Source: Promethearchaeota archaeon | Lineage (GTDB): Archaea > Asgardarchaeota > Lokiarchaeia > Sigyniarchaeales > SOKP01 | NCBI GenBank assembly: GCA_048938005.1 | Contig: JBHLMQ010000007.1 | Coordinates: 63,465 to 113,196, forward strand | Length of the DNA: 49,732 nt | Reading direction: 5' to 3' | Part shown: piece by piece, positions 1 to 9,546 of the stretch | How positions within the stretch are numbered: position 1 is the first letter of the stretch | How the letters are laid out: each line of letters starts with the position of its first letter | Program-made: the position numbers and the translations under genes | The notes under the pieces: model-generated | The model's database searches: none | Told to the model about the DNA's origin: nothing | Seen by the model: only the letters and a program-made list of their open reading frames with translations

Positions 1-47
1 TTTAACATTTTTTTATTATATTAAAGATTAATAATTAATTTTATAAA

Positions 48-59
48 TTCATTGGAAAT
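48..59 (+). promoter_or_regulatory. Possible mini-ORB-like Orc1/Cdc6 binding site
   Basis: TTCATTGGAAAT resembles the ORB core TCCAnTGGAAA and lies ~60 nt upstream of cdc6 in AT-rich DNA. Only one copy is visible. Confidence 0.25.
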
Positions 60-117
60 ATTGCACATATTTCTACATTTTGAGTACAATCAAAAATTTG
101 AATCAATGGTGTCATAG

Positions 118-1425
118 TTGTTGAAAAATAATAATAATAATCATCAATTTAATATAGATAAATTTTACAAGAGCTATCTTAAAGGACCAAAAATTTTTAT
201 TAATCGAGACGCTTTAGATTCATCTTATATACCGGAAGAATTACCTCATCGTGATTCTCAAATAAGAAACATTGCTGAAAAGACTGCGTGTGCATTACTG
301 GGAGATACACCTTCGAGTTTTCTATGTTATGGGATGACAGGTACCGGGAAAACTGCAACTATAAGATATGTAAGTCAAAAACTAGCACATCAGGATTCAG
401 AAATCAAACCATGGTGGATATATATTAACTGTAATATTTTATCAACTCCTTATCGTATTTTAGCTCACATTTATAACACAATTTCAAGAAAGGAGAAAAT
501 TCCCCCTACTGGTTTGCCAAAGGATATTATTTTTAAAAAACTACTTGGATTATTGGATTTAAGGGTTGGAAATTCAATTTGTTTTTTGGTTTTAGATGAA
601 ATAGATATTCTAGTTGATAAGAAAGGAGTAAATGAAATTTTATATGATTTAACAAGATTAAATGAGAATTTAGATATTAGTAAAACGAGCTTAATTGGAA
701 TTTCCAATAAATTAAAGTTTAGAGAGAACTTGGATCCGAGAATACTATCAAGTCTTGGTGAAGAGCATATCGTTTTTCCCTCGTATGACGCAAGTGAGCT
801 AAGAGATATTTTAAAGGAAAGAGCAAAAATAGCATTTCATGAAGGTGTTTTAAAGGAGGAGGTTATTCCATTATGTGCAGCGCTCGCAGCAAAGGAACAT
901 GGTGATGCTCGAAAGGCCCTACAGTTATTGAGGAAGGCAGGTGAATTAGCTGAAGGCGCTCAAAATAAAATAGTAACAGCTAAACATGTAGAAAACGCCC
1001 AACAAGATTTAGAAAATGATCATATTACAGAATACTTAAAAGGTATGCCCCTTCAAGCACAATTGGTTTTAATGTCAATTTATTTAATTTCAAAATTTTG
1101 TCCTGAACATATCATTATTTCTGGTGATATATATGATGTCCATTCAGAAATAAGAAGGTTAATACCAGGGATTAGACAATTAACTAAAAGAAGAATAAGT
1201 GATTATATAAATGAATTATCATTAGCAGGAATAATCTCAGCTGAAGTTAAATCTATGGGCCATTACGGAAGAACGAAAATAATTAAAATCGACATAGGAG
1301 TTGAGCTCATTGAAAATGTTTTACTAGAGATTGATAAAATTCAAGGTATTATGAATTACAAACCAATTTTTCTGCAAAATGATAAAGTTAAATTAAAAAA
1401 TAATATATTTAAGAAGTTAATTTAA
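118..1425 (+). CDS. cdc6: Orc1/Cdc6 replication initiator (AAA+ ATPase with C-terminal winged helix)
   Basis: Motifs YIPEELPHRD, Walker A GMTGTGKT, Walker B LVLDEID, sensor HGDARKAL and C-terminal GHYGRT; TTG start. Confidence 0.96.
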   Translation: MLKNNNNNHQFNIDKFYKSYLKGPKIFINRDALDSSYIPEELPHRDSQIRNIAEKTACALLGDTPSSFLCYGMTGTGKTATIRYVSQKLAHQDSEIKPWWIYINCNILSTPYRILAHIYNTISRKEKIPPTGLPKDIIFKKLLGLLDLRVGNSICFLVLDEIDILVDKKGVNEILYDLTRLNENLDISKTSLIGISNKLKFRENLDPRILSSLGEEHIVFPSYDASELRDILKERAKIAFHEGVLKEEVIPLCAALAAKEHGDARKALQLLRKAGELAEGAQNKIVTAKHVENAQQDLENDHITEYLKGMPLQAQLVLMSIYLISKFCPEHIIISGDIYDVHSEIRRLIPGIRQLTKRRISDYINELSLAGIISAEVKSMGHYGRTKIIKIDIGVELIENVLLEIDKIQGIMNYKPIFLQNDKVKLKNNIFKKLI

Positions 1426-2105
1426 CTAGAAAAATCCCAATTATCTATATTTTCAGCTAATTCATTGAGAAAAAACTCTGCAATATTTTCATTTTCTTCT
1501 TTTATTAGTAGAAATAATTTTGCTAGGTGTTTGCAAAATTTTTTATTTTCAGCCCTTCTAGTCTCAAAATCATGGCAATCATGGCGTAAAAACTTACTAT
1601 TAATGTCAATTTCTATGATGTAAGATTCTTCTTTAGAGCCAGCAACCTTTGCTTTCACTGTTCCTTTTTCAAGATCATACTCTAGCAATTCAAATGCCGT
1701 ATCAAGAACAGATACTGATCGATTTAATGTACCTTTATCTACAAAGGCATTAATTAAAACACTAAATTTAGTAGCTTCTTTTTTCTGCGAATCCCTTCTT
1801 AATTGAGCTAATTTTTTGACAGAATTTATTTTTTCCAAGATATTAGCTTTTCTTTTGTTCTGCCAATTGTTTAATTTTTTATTTAATGCCGCTGATAAAC
1901 TAAGATGATTGTTATCATCTTTCACCAATAAATTATTATGAATACAATTATTAATAAATTCTGTAGCTTTATTTGGTGGGAGGAGAAATAATTCAAACGA
2001 GATTTTATATAGTAAATTATTTAATGAAATAGAAGGGATATCTATTATTTTCCAAATATATAATAACATTTCTGAGTTATCTTTACGAGGAATTGTGAAA
2101 CTCAT
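1422..2105 (-). CDS. Protein with DUF2240-like N-terminal helical domain and C-terminal SWIM-type zinc finger
   Basis: C-terminal HDCHDF...FCKH is a SWIM variant with HxC in place of CxC; N-terminal ISFELFLLPPNKATEFI...LL pattern. Co-oriented directly downstream of DP1. Confidence 0.65.
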   Translation of the reverse strand: MSFTIPRKDNSEMLLYIWKIIDIPSISLNNLLYKISFELFLLPPNKATEFINNCIHNNLLVKDDNNHLSLSAALNKKLNNWQNKRKANILEKINSVKKLAQLRRDSQKKEATKFSVLINAFVDKGTLNRSVSVLDTAFELLEYDLEKGTVKAKVAGSKEESYIIEIDINSKFLRHDCHDFETRRAENKKFCKHLAKLFLLIKEENENIAEFFLNELAENIDNWDFSS

Positions 2106-2144
2106 GATATCTGATTATTTATTCTCATATTTTAAGAAGAATAA

Positions 2145-3953
2145 TTACACATTATTTTTTAAGTCTAATTGTGTTCCCTTCAAAGTATCTAAATCAACAA
2201 TGGAGATTATACCAGGAGTTGGGTGTATTCCTAAAGAATTCATGAAATCTGTTTGGCTTTGAAAGCATCCTGAATTAGTTAATAAGATATTATTATACGA
2301 TCCCATATCATTAATATGAATATGTCCAGTGTGAAAAATATCAGGGATTTTATCGATTACAAGCCAATCCTTATTTGTAGGAGCTATTTGTGTTTTTTTT
2401 CCATAAATAGGCGCTAGATGTCGACATTTTAATAACTCTTTCATTGTTTCTACTGGTCTATTGTTTTCTAAGCCAGGTACCAACATATTTAAATCGAGAA
2501 TGCTGTCTCCATGAAAGATTAGTGTATTAACATCATGTGTTTGAACTAGAGCTGGATTTCCTATGCAGATTACACCATTATTGATAAGATCTGCTGAATA
2601 CTTCTTCGGTACTGCCGGGCGAGGGATCGCATTTCGTACAGGTTCGTGATTACCTGAACTATAAAAAATTTTAATGTATTCTGGAACCTCTGAGAGGAAT
2701 TGAGTGGCTTCATCAAATTGTTTATATATATCAGAGATTATGAGGTCGGTTTTTTGTTTAGGATAGACTCCAATCCCATCTACCAAATCACCATTAATAA
2801 TAATATATTTAATTCTACCAGCTCTTTCTTTTTGACGTTTATTTCCGATTTTCCCATTTAAGAAATTGATAAATCTATTCCATAATTTTTCTTCAAATTC
2901 TTTACTACCAATATGAGTATCAGAAATTAAAGCAATAGACAATGGATCAGATGATTTATTTGGCTCGTAATCTCTTGGAATATCTATTTTTGATACATAA
3001 TTACAATAAATTATGCCATTTTTACCTCGTTCTCCTGGATTATACGTCCCTTCTACATAAATCATTTGGTCATTAAGAGTTTTTTCCGCTAATTTTACAT
3101 TTTCTTGGTTATCTGAATCTTTTTTGATTATTACGTTTATTTTATTTGTTAGATCTTCTAATGTTAGGAAAAAATTTCCATTTTTTGTCTTGCGAATCTT
3201 ATTTACCAATCCAATTACAGATACTTCAACTCTATTATTTAATCTCAATATATTGTTAATATTATTGGCAGAAAGAACTTCTGGTCTTTTTCTCATTAAT
3301 TTTTTTAGTTTATTGAATTTATCTAATATTAAATCATAAAAATCTTCATATTCACCATTTGTATAAAGTTTTCCTGTGGGGTCTTTTAAAATAGAATAGT
3401 TTATTTCAAAATCCTTCGCAGTGGGGTTAAACGCTAGGGTAGATTTTGAACCTTCAAAACGGCTTAATTTAACTTTATTTAAAATAGGTCTTTGGGGAGG
3501 AGCTTTCTCAATTTCATCTATAATTAATGATTTTTCTTGGGATTCTAGTTCATTCTTCACTGGTGTAGCAATTTTAGAAGTTTTTTCAGGTATTGGATTT
3601 AATTTATTCAACTCGGTTATGTCTAACGAACTCGGTAAATTCTTATTACAGGATTCTTTAAATTCTTTTTCTTGAATGGTTTTTGATTGTATTTCTTTGA
3701 ATAGCACTTTTTCTAATGCTTTATGGATTTCCTCGTTTGAAATTTTTTGTAAAATTTCTATAGTTAAGTGACTATCGAAATTAGGAAGAAAACTAACGTT
3801 CTTAATAATTAATTTAACCTTTTTTAAGGGATCATCTAAATTTAAAAGAAATTCTAAAATTGAAGGTGTTACATTTATGCCTGAATTAATTAATTCCTTA
3901 ATTATAACTTGTTTTTGATTTAAATTATCTATTTTCAATATTTTACAATCCAA
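2145..3953 (-). CDS. polB: DNA polymerase D small subunit DP1 (3'-5' exonuclease)
   Basis: OB fold (LTLEDLT) followed by calcineurin-like phosphoesterase motifs SDTHIGS, GDLVDG, GNHE, FHGD, HTGHIH and NSGCFQ; TTG start. Confidence 0.96.
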   Translation of the reverse strand: MDCKILKIDNLNQKQVIIKELINSGINVTPSILEFLLNLDDPLKKVKLIIKNVSFLPNFDSHLTIEILQKISNEEIHKALEKVLFKEIQSKTIQEKEFKESCNKNLPSSLDITELNKLNPIPEKTSKIATPVKNELESQEKSLIIDEIEKAPPQRPILNKVKLSRFEGSKSTLAFNPTAKDFEINYSILKDPTGKLYTNGEYEDFYDLILDKFNKLKKLMRKRPEVLSANNINNILRLNNRVEVSVIGLVNKIRKTKNGNFFLTLEDLTNKINVIIKKDSDNQENVKLAEKTLNDQMIYVEGTYNPGERGKNGIIYCNYVSKIDIPRDYEPNKSSDPLSIALISDTHIGSKEFEEKLWNRFINFLNGKIGNKRQKERAGRIKYIIINGDLVDGIGVYPKQKTDLIISDIYKQFDEATQFLSEVPEYIKIFYSSGNHEPVRNAIPRPAVPKKYSADLINNGVICIGNPALVQTHDVNTLIFHGDSILDLNMLVPGLENNRPVETMKELLKCRHLAPIYGKKTQIAPTNKDWLVIDKIPDIFHTGHIHINDMGSYNNILLTNSGCFQSQTDFMNSLGIHPTPGIISIVDLDTLKGTQLDLKNNV

Positions 3954-4177
3954 AATACATTTATTATAATTATTGAAGTTTAAAATAAAATTATTTATTA
4001 TTAAGGGAAAAACATATGTTCTTTTATAATTAGAGAGTGTAGAAAATTAACATTCTCTCTAAATTTATAAATGAAATAGCTGATTAATAAATGAATTTAA
4101 TATAATTCAGAAAATAAGTATCTTAACCCTAAGTTTAAGTTATTCAATTTTTCTCTTCTTTAAAAGTAGGTTTTTTT

Positions 4178-7100
4178 ATGCCCGATATTAGCAAAGCGAT
4201 GGAAATATATTTTAACCAGATCCAAAAACAAGTTGATCAATGTTATTCAATTGGAGAACAAGCACGCCAAAAGGGCCTTGATCCTGAATTAGATGTAGAA
4301 TCTCCGCAAGCAAAAGATTTAGCTGGAAGAGTTGAAAAACTTGTAGGACCACAAGGAGTTGCTGAAGTAATAAGAGAGTTAAAGGTGAAAGGGTTAACTG
4401 AGGATGAACTTGTTTTCAGAGTAGTTTCTGATATTTTGGATAAAAAAATTGGAAATATTGACCCATTGGAAAACCGTGTTGATAGAGCAATAAGAGTAGG
4501 TTTAGCTATAAAAACTATGGGTGTTGTAAGTGCACCACTTGAAGGAATCTCTAAAATTCTAATCCGAAAAGATACTTTTGGTAGAAAATATTTATCTCTT
4601 TATTTTGCAGGACCAATTCGAGCTGCTGGGGGGACAACCGCGGCTCTATGTGTATTAATTGCCGATTATGTTAGAAAAAAATCACATATTCCAAAATATG
4701 AAGCAACTGAAGCTGAAATTGGTAGATATGTTGAGGAAGTTAAATTATATGATAGAATTGTTCATTTACAATATCCGTCATCTACTCATGAAATTAGGTT
4801 TGCTGTGAGTCGGTTACCAGTTGAGATCAATGGTGATTCGACTGAAGATGAAGAAGTTTCAGCATTTAGAGATTTACCTAGGATTGAGACAAATAATATA
4901 AGGGGAGGGGCTTGTTTGGTTTTGAATGATGGGATTCTTCTTAAGGCACCAAAATTATTTAAGATAGCTGAGGCTATGAATTTAGAAGGCTGGAGCTGGC
5001 TCTCTGAATTGAAAAAAATTGCTCAAAAACAGGAAAAGAAAGAGAAAATAGAAAAGAAAGATGTAAGAAAAAAAGTTAAGGTCGCCCCAAATTCAAAATA
5101 TGTTGCTGATATCATTGCTGGCCGCCCTGTTTTCAGCCATCCTTCAAAAATCGGAGGTCATAGAATAAGATATGGGCGATCAAGAAATACCGGTTTAGCT
5201 GCGGCAGGAATGCATCCTGCAACAATGGAAATTTTGGATGAATTTGTTGCAATTGGAACGCAATTAAGAATTGAACGTCCGGGAAAAAGTACAAGTGTTT
5301 GCCCCGTGAATAGTATTGAACCGCCCATTGTAAAGCTGAAGAATAGTGATGTCATAAAAGTTTCAAGCATTAAGCAAGCAAGACAAATTTTTCCTGAAAT
5401 TAAAGAAGTTCTATTTTTAGGAGATATACTTTTTGGCTTTGGTGAATTTACTGAAAATAACCACAAATTAGTACCATCTGGATATGTAGAGGAGTGGTGG
5501 GCGTTAGAATTAGAAAACTCTATGAAGAGTATTGAAAAAATTGATAAGAAGCTAAAGAGTTTTATTGATAATCCTTTTGAAAATATTCCTAATGCAGAAG
5601 AAGCTGTTATGATTTCAAAAAGATTTAAGATCCCTCTCCATCCTGCATATTTAGATTTCTGGGGTAATCTTTCTATTGATGAATTGAATTCATTACGAAA
5701 CGCGTTTATTAAGAATTCCTCTGAATCTGACCGAAATATCAAAATATTGTATGAGAAGCCAATTAAGAAAATTTTAGAAAAAGCATTTATACTTCATAAA
5801 ATAAGAGATAATAAAATTATATTTAATAAAGAAATGAGTTTTATTTATCAAACAATTTTCAACCTGAATAATAAAAAACCGATAAAGATTGAATCGGACG
5901 ATAATATATTTACATATTTCTATAAGATTTCTTCACTTCAAATTAAAAATAAAGCGCCATATTTTATGGGTTCGCGTATGGGACGACCAGAAAAGTCAGA
6001 AAGAAAAAGTATGAAAGGAATCCATACACTCTTTCCTTTAAGTAATGTAGTAGGTAGTTCAAGATTAATAGAAAAAGCTATAGGATATAGTTCAAGAAAA
6101 AAAAATGAAAGTAGACAAAAAGAGAGAAAACCAGTAGATTTTGGAAGTAAAAATAACTTTGTAGAAACAGGTATGATTAGGATTGATGTGTGTAGAAAAA
6201 AATGCTCAAAATGTGGGAAAGCAAGTATTTTTAATGTATGTCCTAATTGTGGTGCTCATACCGAAGTACAGAAATTATGCCCCCAGTGTAAATTACTTTA
6301 TCCTACATACGAAGAAAAGTGCTCTAAATGCCATAATCCTCTGAAAACTGCTCATGAAGCTAAATTTAATATTAAACAGCATGTAAATTCTGTTTTAAAA
6401 TCACTTAATATGCAATTACCTAAGAAAATAAAAGGTATTATTGGTCTTACAAACGAATATAAAGTTCCAGAGCCTCTTGAAAAGGGGATTTTAAGAGCAA
6501 AAAATGATGTCCTAGTGTATAAAACTGCTGAAATTAGATATGATGCTACCGATATCCCCTTATCTCATTTTAAACCAAAAGAAATTGGCACTCCTATAAA
6601 ATTATTAAGAGAATTGGGATATGAGAACGATATCTATGGAAATACCCTAAATGATGAAAATCAGATTTTAGAACTGAAGGTTCAGGACATTATAATATCT
6701 GATGATTGCGCTAAATACTTTATCAAAGTTGCTAATTTCCTAGATGATGAACTAGAGTTATTTTATAAAATGGAGCGCTTTTATAACGTGTCTAATAGAG
6801 AAAGCCTAATAAATCATTTAGTTGTTGGTTTAGCTCCTCACACAAGCGCCGGAATAATAGGTAGAATAATTGGGTTTACCCCTGCTAGAGCGATCTATGC
6901 TCATCCTTACTGGCATGCTGCAAAGCGCAGAAATTGTGATGGAGATGAGGATGGCCTTATGTTGCTTTTAGATCCCTTGTTAAACTTTTCAAGACATTAT
7001 CTTCCAAGTAAAATAGGTGGTAGAATGGATGCAACTTTGGTAATTGGCACAAAAATTGACCCTAATGAAATTGATGTCGAAGCACACAATATAGACACTC

Positions 7101-7693
7101 TATATAAATATCCATTAGAGTTTTACAAAGCAACTGAACGATATGCTGTACCTTCTGAAATAGAGGGAATAATGAATTTAGTTGAAAGTCGTTTAGGAAC
7201 GCCTGAACAATATGAACATATAGGTTATAATATTCCAACTGAAGATATCAATGAAGGACCGACAATTACGGCATACAAATTGTATGAAACTATGGATGAT
7301 AAAATTAACGCTCAGTTAAACCTAGCAAAACTAATTAAAGCTGTTAATGCAAAGAAAGTAGCTAAAAAAATATTAACCACACATTTCAATCCGGATATAC
7401 TTGGGAATTTAAGAAAATTTTCAGTTCAGGAATTTCGCTGTGTTAAATGTAATGAAAAATTCAGACGGCCCCCTTTATCGAATAGTGGTAAATGCCCTAA
7501 ATGTGGTAATAGAATTATTTTGACAGTAAATCGTGGAGGCATTGAAAAATATATACCTCGTGCTTTAAAATTATGTAATGATTTTAATTTAGATAATTAT
7601 ACAAAACAGCGAATGGAATTAATAGAGGAATACGTAGAGAGTTTAACTAATAATCCAAAAATCAAACAACATAAGTTATCTGACTTCTTCTGA
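4178..7693 (+). CDS. polC: DNA polymerase D large subunit DP2
   Basis: GPIRAAGGT, RYGRSRNTG, catalytic RRNCDGDED and C-terminal Zn finger CVKC...CPKC; no intein. Confidence 0.98.
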   Translation: MPDISKAMEIYFNQIQKQVDQCYSIGEQARQKGLDPELDVESPQAKDLAGRVEKLVGPQGVAEVIRELKVKGLTEDELVFRVVSDILDKKIGNIDPLENRVDRAIRVGLAIKTMGVVSAPLEGISKILIRKDTFGRKYLSLYFAGPIRAAGGTTAALCVLIADYVRKKSHIPKYEATEAEIGRYVEEVKLYDRIVHLQYPSSTHEIRFAVSRLPVEINGDSTEDEEVSAFRDLPRIETNNIRGGACLVLNDGILLKAPKLFKIAEAMNLEGWSWLSELKKIAQKQEKKEKIEKKDVRKKVKVAPNSKYVADIIAGRPVFSHPSKIGGHRIRYGRSRNTGLAAAGMHPATMEILDEFVAIGTQLRIERPGKSTSVCPVNSIEPPIVKLKNSDVIKVSSIKQARQIFPEIKEVLFLGDILFGFGEFTENNHKLVPSGYVEEWWALELENSMKSIEKIDKKLKSFIDNPFENIPNAEEAVMISKRFKIPLHPAYLDFWGNLSIDELNSLRNAFIKNSSESDRNIKILYEKPIKKILEKAFILHKIRDNKIIFNKEMSFIYQTIFNLNNKKPIKIESDDNIFTYFYKISSLQIKNKAPYFMGSRMGRPEKSERKSMKGIHTLFPLSNVVGSSRLIEKAIGYSSRKKNESRQKERKPVDFGSKNNFVETGMIRIDVCRKKCSKCGKASIFNVCPNCGAHTEVQKLCPQCKLLYPTYEEKCSKCHNPLKTAHEAKFNIKQHVNSVLKSLNMQLPKKIKGIIGLTNEYKVPEPLEKGILRAKNDVLVYKTAEIRYDATDIPLSHFKPKEIGTPIKLLRELGYENDIYGNTLNDENQILELKVQDIIISDDCAKYFIKVANFLDDELELFYKMERFYNVSNRESLINHLVVGLAPHTSAGIIGRIIGFTPARAIYAHPYWHAAKRRNCDGDEDGLMLLLDPLLNFSRHYLPSKIGGRMDATLVIGTKIDPNEIDVEAHNIDTLYKYPLEFYKATERYAVPSEIEGIMNLVESRLGTPEQYEHIGYNIPTEDINEGPTITAYKLYETMDDKINAQLNLAKLIKAVNAKKVAKKILTTHFNPDILGNLRKFSVQEFRCVKCNEKFRRPPLSNSGKCPKCGNRIILTVNRGGIEKYIPRALKLCNDFNLDNYTKQRMELIEEYVESLTNNPKIKQHKLSDFF

Positions 7694-7694
7694 T

Positions 7695-8828
7695 TTATTC
7701 TACTTTCGAATCTATACCTCTAATTGCATTATAACAAATTTCCAAACAGCCATTAAGGTTTTCATATGAACATTTATTAGGAGTATCTCGTGAAGTATGA
7801 ATGTATGTCATATCTTTATTTGACATAAAGGTACATACTTGCAAATTCTTTTTAGCTTTTTTAGCAAAAGAACGAAATGACATGTGGTCGCTTCTTGGTT
7901 CTATAGTTGAATCATATTTTATTAATTTAATATTCAGATTTTTTGCTGTTGCTTCTAAAATGTTAACTATTTTGTTATTCATTTTGTTCTTCTTAAGAAT
8001 ACCCGTTCTATCTACTAATCCTATATAGGTTCCAACCATATCAATATTTATAGCATAAGAGCTATTAAGGTCATATTCCTGATTTAATTCCTTAAAATGT
8101 TTAGCACAGAATTGTCTTGAGCCCCATAAGCCTTGTTCTTCAGCCCCAAACCATAAGATTAAAATATCTGTTTTTTCAAGAGGATTTTTGTTTAATAATT
8201 TAGTTAATTCAATCAAAATGGAAATCCCACTAGCGTTATCAATCGAACCAAAGGATTTACTTGGTTCTCTATTAAAAATCAGAATAATTATTAAAATTAT
8301 ATAAAAAACAAAAAGTAGATCAGAAAGGAAGATAGATCTTTCAATATACATTAAGTAAAGATCATCAGCAATTAAGAATGAAAGATTTATAAGAAAAGTC
8401 CAAGTTAAAAGAATTAAAGTTGATATAAGATAAGGAATAAAAAAAGATGTGATTACTATATAAAAATTTCTTTTTAATTTATAAGGATATCTTTCCGAAA
8501 CGGAATCATAATGAGCAGAAAATATAATAAGACGTTTATTTTTGATTGTGTTTAATGCTGGTAATTTAACAATGACATTTTTAGATTTTCGCCTTTTCCC
8601 TAATAAAATAATAAATTTCATATCAGAAAGATTTTTATAAATAAGATAAAACAGGAAGATGACTAATGTATTGAGAATAATCCCTACCCAAGCCATTTTT
8701 AAAAGAATTATTCTCTTGTAGAGAAAGGCAGAAGAAATGACAAAAACAAATATTAATTTCATTAATAAGCTTATCGTTTTTGACCATTTAAAAGATTCTA
8801 ATTCAAATTTTATATTTTCATTTTCCAT
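7695..8828 (-). CDS. M28-family metallopeptidase with internal transmembrane segments (true start probably upstream, see findings)
   Basis: SAHYDS, DNASG, GAEEQGLWGS, INIDMVG, SDH and IHTSRDT motifs. Confidence 0.88.
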   Translation of the reverse strand: MENENIKFELESFKWSKTISLLMKLIFVFVISSAFLYKRIILLKMAWVGIILNTLVIFLFYLIYKNLSDMKFIILLGKRRKSKNVIVKLPALNTIKNKRLIIFSAHYDSVSERYPYKLKRNFYIVITSFFIPYLISTLILLTWTFLINLSFLIADDLYLMYIERSIFLSDLLFVFYIILIIILIFNREPSKSFGSIDNASGISILIELTKLLNKNPLEKTDILILWFGAEEQGLWGSRQFCAKHFKELNQEYDLNSSYAINIDMVGTYIGLVDRTGILKKNKMNNKIVNILEATAKNLNIKLIKYDSTIEPRSDHMSFRSFAKKAKKNLQVCTFMSNKDMTYIHTSRDTPNKCSYENLNGCLEICYNAIRGIDSKVE

Positions 8829-9058
8829 TTGATTCGTAATATAGTTTATGGCTTTAGTTTCTCCTTCAGTTCCAGCTTCACGTGTAAATAATAGTGAATC
8901 AATATGATGTTTTTTATTTCTTATATTATTGTTTTTTAAATATGAAATCTAAGTCACTTTTATATTAATCAAGAAATTTATTTCTAATTAATGTTGTTAA
9001 TTTATTAAACTATATCAAAACTAAGGTTGATTGACAAAAAAGATAATTAAGGCTGATG

Positions 9059-9201
9059 TGCAGGAGGTGGGATTTGAACCCACGAATTTAGGACGAGGAC
9101 AAGGTTCCTTCGAAGACCTATGTCACTAGAGCCTCAGTAACACCATAAATGCATAATAGCACAATATTCTAGCGCCGTAGACCAGGCTTGGCAACTCCTG
9201 C
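9059..9201 (-). tRNA. tRNA-Leu(GAG) with two introns (9139-9168 and 9087-9114)
   Basis: Acceptor GCAGGAG/CTCCTGC, T arm GTGGG-TTCAAAT-CCCAC. After removing 30-nt and 28-nt inserts: anticodon arm CTAGA-CTGAGGC-TCTAG and variable arm GAC-ATAG-GTC, giving an 85-nt mature tRNA. Confidence 0.88.
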
Positions 9202-9546
9202 AATGAGTAAATCCTATTTAAAAAAGTCCTATTCCCTTTAATTATTGATTTAAAATAATGTTTTTCATTTTTAAAATGTTTTTCCTTAACTAGGTTTAAT
9301 TGTTAAATATATATTAATAAAAAATCGAAGAGAAAAAACCAGATTTTTAAGGAAAATAAGCTGATATGTTTCTTATAAATCAACAAATGAAATTTATCAT
9401 TTTTTTTTATAAATCAAACTTCAAATTCTAATTTTTTGAAGATTATCGTTTTCTATAAATTTTTATAACAAATTTATTATATACAATAATATATTTTAGT
9501 TATTTTATAATGTATTTGAAAAGAAAGATTAAAGGTTGTCGAATTC

